A program made the position numbers and the translations under genes. A stretch of DNA of 64,000 nt. Origin: Centroscyllium fabricii (Eukaryota). The notes below the pieces were generated by a model, which was given only the letters and a program-made list of their open reading frames with translations, was not told the DNA's origin and did no database searches. The stretch covers positions 16,554,001 through 16,618,000 of the forward strand of contig JBNRSN020000017.1 in the NCBI GenBank assembly GCA_051313645.2, in the 5' to 3' direction. This document shows, piece after piece, positions 10,819 to 21,914 of the stretch (position 1 is its first letter; every line of letters starts with the position of its first letter).

Positions 10819-12624
10819 TTGTTGAGTCCGTGCTATGTGTCTCATAGAACAACGGGCTCGACTCCAAGGTATAAAACAAGGAGGTGTTTATTCTTCAATT
10901 ACAGAGTGTGGAACTGAGCATGTCGCTCCACCTACGAACTTATATGCACTTGTGGTAGACTGCGGTACTGCAGTATCACGGCACTACACAAAGTAGTGCC
11001 CAGCAGAATTACTTAAAGGCACATACACAACAGAAACCATTTCACCTTGCTGATTCTCTTCAGTTTACACCCCCCCACCCCGCCCCACCCACACCAGTTT
11101 CCTTGACTAAATGTATTGTCTGTTTGCCTCGGTTGGTCGAATGCTTGCCTTTGAATCAGAAGGTTGTGGGTTTCAAGCATCACTCCAGCCCGCAGTCCAG
11201 GATGACCCTTCAGTGGAGTGCTGTCTTTCAGATGAGAGATTAAACTGGCCTCCTGTCTGCCTGTTCCATTGGTTGTTGAAGATCTTCTTTGAAGATGAGC
11301 AGGGTAGTTCCCCTTGGGGTTGTAGGAATTGCGAGACAAGAAAAGACCCTCTAGCTCCCCATTCGACCATCCTGGTAATCGGACGATACAACGATAAGGG
11401 AGTGATTGACTACTCACAGCAATCAATCTCTAAATGAGTCTAGCCAGGCCCTGACATGAGGCGAGGAAAACCCTCAGAGGGACCATAGGTCCAAAACGTT
11501 GCCAACAGCGGCTGAATTTTTGAAGAGTAATTCATTGAGCGTGAAGTGTTTTGGGATATCCTGAGGATTCAGTAAAGTATTTTCTTGCTCTGTAAGGTTC
11601 AGTTCTATTTTAAGCAATTCCGTTACTCACTGATCCATTGGGGAACTCAATCCTCTGCACTTTAAAAAAAATGGCCCTGAGGGCAAAGCAAGATTATTAA
11701 TTTATACTGAACGTATTACATTTGAGCCCGACACTTGAGGTGTAATCATTTTCACTCGTTGAGGTCAGACTATTATCAAGAAAAATAAAACCGGGAACTG
11801 GTGAATATATCAACCATGTCCTTCTATTTACTGTGACTGATATTAATTGGGAGACTGCAGGCTGGGAATGTGTTTGGATCAGGGGTATTACAACAGGTGT
11901 CGGTCTGAGCTGTGGGGTATTTATCTGTTATTCCTCATCTGCTGCACACATTTAAGTATTAATAACGAAGAAAGACTTGCATTTCCATGGCACCTTTCTC
12001 TTCCTCAGGGCGACCCAAAGCACTTCACAGATAATGAAGTACTTTTTGAAGTGTAGTCGTTGTTGTAATGTAGGGAAATGTGGCAGCCAATGTGCGCACA
12101 GCAAGATCCCACAAACCGCAATGCAGTAATGACCAGATAATATACTGGCATGGGTGGAAGATTGGCTATCTAACAGAAAACTGAGAGTTGGGATAAATGG
12201 TTCATTCTCGGGTTGGCAATCAGTAACTAGTGGCGTTCTGCAGGGGTCAGTGCTGGGACCCCAACTCTTTACAATCTATATTAACGATTTGGAGGATGGG
12301 ACCGAGTGCAATGTATCCAAGTTTGCCGACGATACAAAGATGGGAGGGAAAGCAGTGAGTGAGGAGGACATAAAAAACCTGCAAAAGGACATAGGCGGGC
12401 TAAGTGAGTGGGCAAAAATTTGGCAGATGGAATATAATGTTGGAAAGTGTGAGGTTATGCAATTTGGCAGAAAAAAATCAAAGAGCAAGTTATTATCTGA
12501 ATGGAGAGAAACTGCAAACTGCAAAGTGTTACAGTACAAAGGGATCTGGGGGTCCTGGTGCATGAAACACAGGTTAGTATACAGGTACAGCAGGTGATCA
12601 GGAAGGCCAATAGAATCTTCCTGA

Positions 12625-13017
12625 GGGCGGCACGATGGCACAGTGGTTAGCATTGTTGTCTCACAGCACTGGAGACCCGGGTTCAAATCCAGCCTCGGGT
12701 ACTATCTGTGTGGAGTTTGCACATTCTCCCCGTGTCTGTGTGGGTTTCCTCCGGGTGCTCCGGTTTCCTCCCACAGTCCAAAGATGTGCGGGTTAGGTTG
12801 ATTGGCCATGATAAATTGACCCTTAGTGTTAGGGGGTTTGAATATGTGGGGTTACGGGGATAGGGTGGGGTATGTTTCGATATAGGGATCGAGGGATATG
12901 GGGAGAGGGCAGGGGCGGGGCGCTGGGTTTGGATGATCAGCCATGATCTCATTGAATGGCGGAGCAGGCTCGAAGGGCCGAATGGCCTACTCCTGCTCCT
13001 AGTTTCTATGTTTCTAT
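12625..13017 (+). mobile_element. V-SINE (HE1-like, tRNA-derived, CR1-type tail)
   Basis: tRNA-like head with A box (tggcacagtggttagca) and B box (gggttcaaatcc); V core gtgtggagtttgcacattctccccgtgtctg…tcctcccacagtccaaaga; tail shared with the CR1 3' end. Confidence 0.9.
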
Positions 13018-13420
13018 TGCAAGAGGGGTGGAGTATAAAAGCAGGGAAGTCCTGCTGCAGTTATACGGGGTACTGGTGAGGCCACACCTGGAATAATGCG
13101 TACAATTTTGGTTTCCATATTTAAGAAAAGATATACTTGCTCTTGAGGCAGTTCAGAGAAGGTTCACTCGGTTGATTCCGGAGATGAGGGGGTTGCCTTA
13201 TGAGGAATGGTTGAGTAGGTTGGGCCTCTATTCATTGGAATTCAGAAGAGTGAGAGGCGATCTTATTGAAACATATAAGATTGTGAGGGGGCTTGATCGG
13301 GTGGATGCGGTGAGGATGTTTCCACTGATGGGTGAGACTAGAACTAGGGGGCATAATCTGAGAATAAGGGACTGCCCTTTCAAAACTGAGATGAGGAAAA
13401 ACTTCTTCACTCAGAGGGTA

Positions 13421-14153
13421 CAGGTTGAAGTTCATTAATCCGGCACCCGAAAAACCGGCAGCTTCAGTCGTTCGGCAGAGATTTTCCCGACTGCCCGGCG
13501 CATGCGCAGACAATTCAAAATGGCCACCGTCAGGGCTGGGCTTCCCTTTCACCTAACATATACTCACTGGATCCCGGCTTAGTGACCACCCCGATGGCGA
13601 TGGTGAATCCCAGGCCCAGAAGATGAGCTGTTGTACCAGCCGCCTTTCGCAGGACGCGATACAGGCAACGCTCGTGCCCATCGCTGCCGGAGGCTCCTGC
13701 CTGGCTGCGTGCTGACGTCACCGCGTTCCGAAGCTGGCGTGCGGTGGCATCACGTGAGCCGGGCTTGAGCCACGCATTGGGCCTCAGGCCCGCTGAAGCC
13801 ATGCAGGCCGCTCCCTGATCCACAGCAGAATCGATGGCTGCGTGTTGACGTCACTACGTTCCGAAGCTGGCGTGCGGTGGCGTCACGTGAGCCGCACATT
13901 GGGCCTCAGGCCCGCTGGAGCCGTGCAGCCCGCTCCCTGATCCGCAGCAGAATCGAGTGCGAGTTCCACCCGACCCTTGGGCCGAAAATCAACTGCCAGG
14001 TACCGGCGAGCGCCTGCGCAGAGCATTGAAAATTTTGCGTCGGCCATTTTGAATGTTCTGCGCATGCGCCGCCGTGACTTCAATAATTCGGCGTTTTCAA
14101 CAATCCGGCAGGGTGCTGGGCCCGACCCTGCCGGATTAATGAACTTCAACTTG
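13421..14153. mobile_element. Non-autonomous Tc1/mariner-superfamily (pogo/Tigger-like) MITE
   Basis: 25-bp TIRs, caggttgaagttcattaatccggca and tgccggattaatgaacttcaacttg (24/25 match). TA TSD at 13419-13420 and 14154-14155. Removing it restores the CR1 sequence cagagggTAgtaaatct. Confidence 0.93.
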
Positions 14154-15147
14154 TAGTAAATCTATGGAATTTGCTACCTCCGAGCTGTGGAAGCTGCGAC
14201 ATTAAATAAATTTAAAACGGAGATAGACAGTTTCCAAGCTGATAAGGGGTTACGGGGAGCGGGCAGGGAAGTGGACGTGAGTCTAAGTTCGGATCAGCCA
14301 TGATCTTATTAAATGGCGGAGCAGGCCCGAGGGGGCCATATGGCCGACTCCTGCTCCTACTTCTTATGTTCATCTGTTATTATAATTTGTGATTGAAGGA
14401 TAAATATTGGCCCAGGACACCCGGGAGAACGCCCCCTGCTCTTCTTCATACGGTGCCATGGGATCTTATACATCCACCTGAGATGGCAGACGGGGCCTCG
14501 GCTTCATGCCTTATCCGAGCAACGCCACCTCCCTCAGTGCTGCACTGGAGCATCATCCTCGATGTTGTGCTCAAGTCTCTGGGGTGGGATTTAGAACCCA
14601 CAATCTTCTGACTCTTAAGGCAAGAGTTCTACCCACTGAGCCAAGGCGGATGCAGTATATCGGCAGCCTTGTTCAGAGATGGTTGATGCGTGAAATGGAA
14701 AATCTGCACTGAAAGCTGGCACCTCTATGAGGAGTGTGCTGCCGTGTGAGCCTGGATTATGTGCTCAAATCACTGGAGTGAGACTTGAACCCACCACCTA
14801 CTGACTCAGGGACGAGATAGATATATCTTATGGTATTTTGTGTTCAGCTTGAGTCATTGTATTAATGGATCTAACTTGTTTTGACGGGAGGTGGTTATAA
14901 ATCAGTCCGAGCAGGGAATGGAAATCCAGCTGGTGATTCTGACTGAGTTGCCAACATTCTTCATTTCTATCTGTCTGGCAAAAAGAAAAATATTTAAAAT
15001 TCAGACTGACTGGGACGCCGTAGCAGGGTAGGGAAGAGGTACGATGCCCAACTTTTGTTGCTCTGAGCGCCACAGTTGTGGGGCGGTGTCCAGTGTAGGT
15101 TGTGATCCAGCGTTCCATTGAATTTTTCTGGTGTGCAGTCCCTTTAA

Positions 15148-15603
15148 CAATTGCAAGAAGTCACACAACACCAGATTATAGTCCAACAGTTTTATTTTAA
15201 ATCACAAGCTTTCGGAGCTTCTGCCCCTTCGTCAGGTGAAAGAGAGACTGACTTAAAGTACGCACATATGGGAGGAAGGGAGAAATCCGATCTCTCCCAC
15301 ATCTCACCTTAGCAGAGATAGACAGAGCACACAAAGGCGTATTAACATAATTTAACATATTTAACATATGTTAATGTGCCTTTGTGTGCTCTGTCTATCT
15401 CTGCTAAGGTAAGATGTGGGAGAGATCGGATTTCTCCCTTCCTCCCATATGTGCGTTCTTTAAGTCAGTCTCTCTTTCACCTGACAAAGGGGCAGAAGCT
15501 CCGAAAGCTTGTGATTTAAAATAAAACTGTTGGACTATAACCTGGTGTTGTGTGACTTGCAATTGTCCACCCCAGTCCAACACCAGCACCTCCACATCAT
15601 GGC
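15148..15603. mobile_element. Penelope-like element termini arranged as an inverted repeat (foldback)
   Basis: Arm ~15148-15350 is the reverse complement of arm ~15370-15563. Both match the Penelope 3' region seen at 20265-20520 and 39888-40140. Confidence 0.85.
15202..15239 (-). ncRNA. Minimal type I hammerhead ribozyme (Penelope-associated)
   Basis: Minus strand tcac-CTGACGA-aggggcagaagctcc-GAAA-gctt-gtga: core motifs, stem II, a palindromic AAGCTT stem III, and stem I tcac/gtga. Confidence 0.75.
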
Positions 15604-15793
15604 CACTTATAACAGTACATCTCCCAGCAATCTTAGACAAGAACCTTGACCACTGGATCCAAGAACAACCACTAACGTCAACAGAGTAAAAGTCACGGCA
15701 ACACCGCCATTTTAAAATTCTCATCCTTGTGTTCAAATCTCTCCGGAGCCTTCACCTGCCCAGGCCCTAAGCTCTGGAAGTGTGTGTGTGGGG

Positions 15794-16096
15794 TAGGGTT
15801 GCCAACTCTCATTGGGCATATTCCAGGAGGTGTCATCGCATGACCTCCACCGCCCCCGCCCCCACACTCCTGCCATTGGTCTCCCAACACGCCCATCCTC
15901 ACGGTGCTCCACCTTCGCTACATGATTGGATGATTCTTGACTGTCAGTCAAGCAGCCCATAACCAATAAAGAAAAGCGTTCAAAGAAAATGAAATAAAAC
16001 ACAATTTTTCTCCTGGGCTGCTCTCCGCTGTGTCCAGGAGATTAACCTTTTCATTCTTGGAGACTCCAGGACAACCCTGGAGGGTTGGCAACCTTT
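15794..16096. mobile_element. Degenerate hAT-type MITE
   Basis: Ends tagggttgccaactctc and gagggttggcaacctt form an imperfect TIR. No clear 8-bp TSD. Confidence 0.5.
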
Positions 16097-16659
16097 GGAA
16101 TAAACCCAATGTTTAAAAAAAAGACTCCGAGTGCCTTGTTAAAATATTGTGAATCACGACTTTGATTTCCTGGCTGCGGACCTTCCCCATTGGCTGCCAG
16201 CATTCATTGCAGACCAGACTAGTGAATGCCCCATCACTGGGCTGAATACTCAGCCCATCTACAGTCGGAAGCAATAATTACTGGCAACCCTTCATTGAAT
16301 GACAGCCATTCTCAATGGCACGATGGGAATGTAGACTACACGTAGGCAGGTGTGGATTTTCTTCCAGGTTTCCCATGTGTTCTGCAGCTGAGCACAGGAT
16401 GTCCATATATCTGGCATCATTCACTCAGCTCACTAGAACTACTAATAGCGGAGCCCATAACATTTTAAGTAGAATTTACATGACATTGTAACTGAGTGTT
16501 AAGTAAACTCTGGTAGCCCATAACATTGATCTTTTGTCTCGCACAATAAACACGTCAATGGGTGTTCAGCTCCCTGAAAGGAGTAATTCTCTGCTTTATA
16601 GATGATGGGAACAAGACTGAAAGTGTAACTTGTCATTCTGTAAAATAATCAAATGTGCC

Positions 16660-18970
16660 CTCTGTATAATAGGGCCTAGTTTGTCTGTATAATAGGGCCC
16701 AGGGTAACTGTATAATAGGGTCTAGATTGGCTGTATAATAGGGTCTAGATTGGCTGTATAACAGGGTCTGGATTGACTACATAATAGGACCTAGATTGAC
16801 TGAATAATAGGCCCTAGATTGGCTGTATAACCGGGTCTAGATTGGCTGTATAACTGGGTCTGGATTGACTACATAATAGGACCTAGATTGACTGTATAAT
16901 AGGGCCTATATTGGCTGTATAACAGGGTCTAGATTGGCTGTATAACAGGGTCTGGATTGACTACATAATAGGACCTAGATTGACTGTATAATAGGGCCTA
17001 GATTATCTATATAATAGGGCCTAGGGTAACTGTATAATATGGTTTAGATTGGCTGTATAACAGGGTCTGGATTGACTACATAATAGGACCTAGATTGACT
17101 GTATAATAGGGTCTAGATTGACTGTATAATAGGGTGTAGATTGACTGTATGATAGGGCCTAGATTGACTGTATAACAGGGTCTGGATTGACTACATAATA
17201 GGGCCTAGATTGGCTGTATAATAGGGCCTAGATTGACTGTATAACAGGGCCTAGATTGACTGTATAACAGGGTCTAGATTGACTACATAATAGGGCCTAG
17301 ATTGACTGTATAATAGGGTCTAGGTTGGCTGTATAATAGGGTCTAGATTGACTGTATAATAGGGTCTAGATTGGCTGTATAATAGGGCCTAGATTGACTG
17401 TATAACAGCGTCTGGATTGACTACATAATAGAGCCTAGATTGGCTGTATAATAGGGCCTAGATTGGCTGTATAACAGGGTCTGGATTGACTACATAATAG
17501 GGCCTTGATTGGCTGTATAATAGGGCCTAGATTGGCTGTATAATAGGGTCTAGATTGACTACATAATAGGCCTAGATTGACTGTATAATAGGGTCTAGAT
17601 TGACTGTATAATTGGGTCTATATTGGCTGTATAATGGGGTCTGGATTGACTACATAATGTGACCTAGACTGACTGAATAATAGGACCTAGATTGGCTGTA
17701 TAACAGGGTGTAGATTGGCTGTATAACAGGGCCTAGATTGGCTGTATAATAGGGCCTAGATTGGCTGTATAATAGGGCCTAGATTGGCTGTATAATAGGG
17801 CCTAGATTGGCTGTATAATAGGGCCTACATTAGCTGTATAATAGGGTTGAGATTGGCTGTATAATAGGGCCTAGATTGACTGTATAATTGGGTCTATATT
17901 GGCTGTATAATGGGGTCTGGATTGACTACATAATATGACCTAGATTGACTACATAATAGGACCTAGATTGGCTGTATAACAGGGTGTAGATTGGCTGTAT
18001 AATAGGGCCTAGATTGGCTGTATAATAGGGCCTAGATTGGCTGTACAATAGGGTCGAGATTGGCTGTATAATAGGGCCTAGATTGACTGTATAATAGGGC
18101 CTAGATTGGCTATATAATAAGGTGTAGATTGGCTGTATAATAGGGTCTAGATTGCCTGTATAATAGGGTTGAGATTGGCTGTATAATAGGGTCTAGAATT
18201 GACTGTATAATTGGGTCTATATTGGCTGTATAATGGGGTCTGGATTGACTACATAATATGACCTAGATTGACTGTATAATAGGACCTAGATTGGCTGTAT
18301 AACAGGGTGTAGATTGGCTGTATAATAGGGCCTAGATTGGCTGTATAATAGGGCCTAGATTGGCTGTATAATAATGTCGAGATTGGCTGTATAATAGGGC
18401 CTAGATTGACTGTATAATAGGGCCTAGATTGGCTGTATAATAGGGCCTAGATTGGCTGTATAATAGGGTCAAGATTGGCTGTATAATAGGGCCTAGATTG
18501 ACTGTATAATAGGGTCTAGATTGTCTATATAATAGGGTAGAGATTGTCTATATAATAGGGTCCAGATTGACTATATAATCAGGTCTATATTGACTGTGTA
18601 ATATGGTCTAGACTGACTGTTATTATAGGGTGTAGATGACTGTGTAATAGGGTCGTGATTGTCTATATAATAGGTTCTAGATTGACTGTATAATAGGGCC
18701 TAGATTGACTATATAATAGGGTCTAGATTGGCTGCATATTAGGGTTGAGATTGTCTATATAATAGGGCCTAGATTGACTATATAATAGGGCCTAGATTGA
18801 CTGTATATTAGGGTGGAGAATGTCTATATAATAGGGTCGAGATTGGCTGTATAATAGGGTCTAGATTGGCTGTATAATAGGGTCAAGATTGTCTATATAA
18901 TAGGGCCTAGAATGACTGTATAATAGGGTCTAGACTGGCTGTATAATAGGACCTAGGTTGGTTGTATAAT
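16660..18970. repeat. Minisatellite, 23-bp unit (agggcctagattggctgtataat), about 100 copies
   Basis: Continuous tandem array with variants (ttgactacataat, gggtctggatt). Confidence 0.97.
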
Positions 18971-19574
18971 CGGTGGACAAATTAATATCAAATATCACTG
19001 GTTCAATTCAAGGGATCTTTTGGGAAGAGCTGAACTGCAATAGAATGATGATTACTGCTCAATGAATTAATTCAGGACTGGCGTCACGTGATGACTGATC
19101 ACTTTGGGGAAATGCAAGGACCGGGTCCAGCTGTTTAAGGAAAAACAATCAATATGCGTTTGGATTATTCGTAATGATAAGCCAGCTATAAAACACCCAA
19201 CTCTAAGTGAGGGCAGCCATGAAAGTACACATTGGGACATGTCTAACCCTGAAGTCTACTTCTGGAAGTCAATCAAAGGGATTCTCCAATTGTCTCCCTG
19301 CCCCATGTTGATTATTCTGTCATCAGCTGAAGTAATCGGGGCTTAATCGTGTTTCCTCATGAATGTTTAAGCTATTCCTTGAGCAATGTCACAACTAACA
19401 CAAAGACTGCCGCGTGCTGTTGCCCCCGAGAGAGGTCAAGTGCTGCTTGATCCTCCTTTCCAGTTCCACCAGCTGTGCTAGCAGTATCCAATTTCCTGGT
19501 GGTATTTGATGTATTGGCTGTTGACGCAATGACGCAAACCTTACCAATGATGTTAACTGTAACTAGCAGAAAAC

Positions 19575-19905
19575 GTTTCCACTTGCGGAGGAGACCAGAA
19601 CTAGGGACCTTGAATCTAAGATAGTCACGAATAAATCCAGTAGGGAATTCAGGAGAAACTTCTTTACCCAGAGAGGGGTTAGAATGTGGGACTCGCTACC
19701 ACAGGGAGTGGTTGAGGTTAATCGAATAGATGCCTTTAAGGGGAAGTCAGATACACAGATGAGAGAGAAAGGAATAGAGGGTTAGCTGATAAGAGTTAGA
19801 CGAAGAAAGGTGGGAGGAGGCTCGTGTGGAGCATAAACACCGGCACAGAGCTGTTGGGCCGAATGGCCTGTTTCTGTGCTGTTTCTGTGCTGCACATTCT
19901 AAGTA
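19575..19905 (+). mobile_element. Old CR1 3' fragment
   Basis: gagaccagaactaggg…aggagaaacttctttacccagag…tgggccgaatggcctgtttctgtgctg tail. Confidence 0.75.
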
Positions 19906-20264
19906 ATTCTATGAAATATGTCAAACTACCATCTCCCCTGTACGAACGGTTCCTGCTCATTTGGCTCATTGTGCCTGTTAAATGCATTCACTGCAACCAA
20001 CTTGGCTGAGTGTGCTAGCTAGTCATACCAGCTGTGAAGGCAATGATCACTGCTGCACTTCTCCATATACTGCACCTTATTGCTTTGGTTTGTAAGGGGT
20101 TGTTAGACTAGCTGAGCATTACCTCCACTATTAATTGTAGCCAGAATATTTTGACCAGCCAAAGAGAGGCAATGGGAGTAAAGATACCCCCACCTCTTCA
20201 AAATAAAATGAGCAACAATCCAAGTTAAACTGGTGAGAGGTTAACACTCTTACAAGGTGAAGAG

Positions 20265-20948
20265 ATGATGTGGAGGTGCCGGTGTTGGACTGGGGTGGAC
20301 AAATGCAAGAAGTCACACAACACCAGGTTAAAGCCCAACAGTTTTATTTGAAATCACAAGCTTTCGGAGCGCTGCTCCTTCCTCAGGTGAAAGAGAAGTT
20401 CATTTAAAGACAGCATATATACAAGGGAGAGAGAAATCTAATCTCGCCAACATCACACTTCAGCAGAGAGACATACAGAGCAGACAAAGGTGTTTTAACA
20501 TATTTTAACATATTAATCAGGCACCAGTCTGAGATCAATGAGGTATAGTCACAAAGGGTCAAATGTTGCAGTCTTGTGCCTGTGTGAAAACACACAGAAT
20601 GATTTTTTAAAAACTGATTTTCCTTACAAGACCAAGACGACTCGAGTCTGGATGACTCTACATCAGGCGGGGTCACATGTAGCGTGACATGAAGCCAATA
20701 TCACGGTTGAGGCCGTCCTCATGGGTGCGGAATTTGGCTATCAGCCTCTGCTCGATGATTTGCGTTGTCATGTGTCTCGAAGGCTGCCTTGGAGAATGCT
20801 TACCCGAAGATCGGAGGCTGAATGTCCTTGACTACTGAAGTGTTCCCCGACTGGGAGGGAACATTCCTGCCTGGCAATTGTTGTGCGGTGTCCGTTCATC
20901 CGTTGTCATAGTGTCTGCATGGTCTCGCCGATGTACCATGCCCCGGGG
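20265..20948 (-). mobile_element. Penelope-like element 3' fragment (GIY-YIG remnant and hammerhead)
   Basis: The minus strand encodes PGAWYIGETMQTL.QRMNGHR (GIY-YIG region). Hammerhead tcac-CTGAGGA-aggagcagcgctcc-GAAA-gctt-gtga at 20354-20390. Confidence 0.88.
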
Positions 20949-21914
20949 TAAAGAGAGACACTGACGGGTTTAGGCAGTGCCATGGACACTGAGAGCCTAC
21001 AATTTTATTCCCGGTGTTTACAGAAAATGTTACACTTGTTTCATCAAAATAAATATCAACGTTAGTCGTTCAGCGTTGTGTTTGTGGTCCTACAACAGAA
21101 GGTTCAAGGTGAAGTGTTCCTGTGGGATAGTGAGCTGTTTCAGAAAATGTCAGAAGGAAATAGCATGTCCAGCAAAATTAACTATTAATAAAGGTGGTGT
21201 CGCTTGAATGGCTGATTTTTCTGTTCCGTGTCTGAAGCCCTGTCTAGACATTAAAAGCTTCACACCCTCTGCACTGCCAAACATGGTGAAGTATGTTCTG
21301 AAGTCAATCGCTTTTCGACGTATATCGTATTCAATTGAGCGACAAAAAGAAAATCATGTTTGCAGGGAGTTCAGGTTAGAGATAAGTCTATGATACTGCT
21401 GTCAATTCTCCAATTCATACTCCCTATAGCCACAGCTTCCTATTGGGAGGGATCACGGAATTTGCCCTTCTACTTTTCTTTGCTCTTCCTGTGGAGAGCT
21501 GCTCCGGCTCCAACACAGTGACGACACTTCAAAAGTACTTCATTGGCTGTAAAGCGCTTTGGGATGTCCTAAGGTCATGAAAGGTGCGATATAGAAAGAA
21601 AGACTCACCATTTCTACAGAGCCTTTCACAACCTCCAGACATAAGAACATCAGAAATAGGAGCAGGAGTAGACCAATCGGCCCCTCGAGCCCGCTCCGCC
21701 ATTTAACAAGATCATGGCTGGTCTGATCCTAACCTCAATTTTATTTTTACTCTCCATCCCGCCCAAACCCATGTGATCACCTGGGCGAGGCGAAAAACCA
21801 GATTTAAAAACCCAGTGGCCAATTTGGGAGAAAAAATCTGGGAAATTCCTCTCCGACCCATCTATGCAATCGAAAACTGGTCCAGGAGATCACATGGCCG
21901 ATCTGAACCTAGCC

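Larger units (their letters stand above)
4012..11032 (-). mobile_element. Gypsy/Ty3 LTR retrotransposon (Mag/K02A2.6-like), decayed, carrying a nested insertion
   Basis: 213-bp TG...CA LTRs at 4012-4224 and 10820-11032 (about 11 differences by eye). 5-bp TSD GAAAC at 4007-4011 and 11033-11037. PBS at 10808-10818, PPT at 4225-4237. Domain order gag-PR-RT-RH-IN. Confidence 0.97.
12141..14371 (+). mobile_element. 5'-truncated CR1 (HER1-like) LINE carrying two nested insertions
   Basis: RT motifs [24 protein letters not shown] and LYSLEFRR.RGDLIETYKI. 3' tail gatcagccatgatcttatt...ctcctacttcttatgttc. Confidence 0.92.
11968..14650 (-). mobile_element. Deu-domain SINE (SacSINE1/AmnSINE1-like) split by a CR1 insertion (pieces ~11968-12140 and ~14372-14650)
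   Basis: The two pieces rejoin into the same consensus as the copy at 31118-31515 (…aatgaccagataat|atctgtt…gataaatattggcc…). Confidence 0.8.

Noticed and set aside
12625-12700. tRNA genes at V-SINE heads
   Set aside because: The A and B boxes belong to SINE heads that continue directly into the V core and LINE tail.
16660-18970. Bacterial -35/-10 promoter array (TTGACT/TATAAT)
   Set aside because: The spacing does not fit (1 nt or 24 nt) and the DNA is vertebrate; the match is coincidental.
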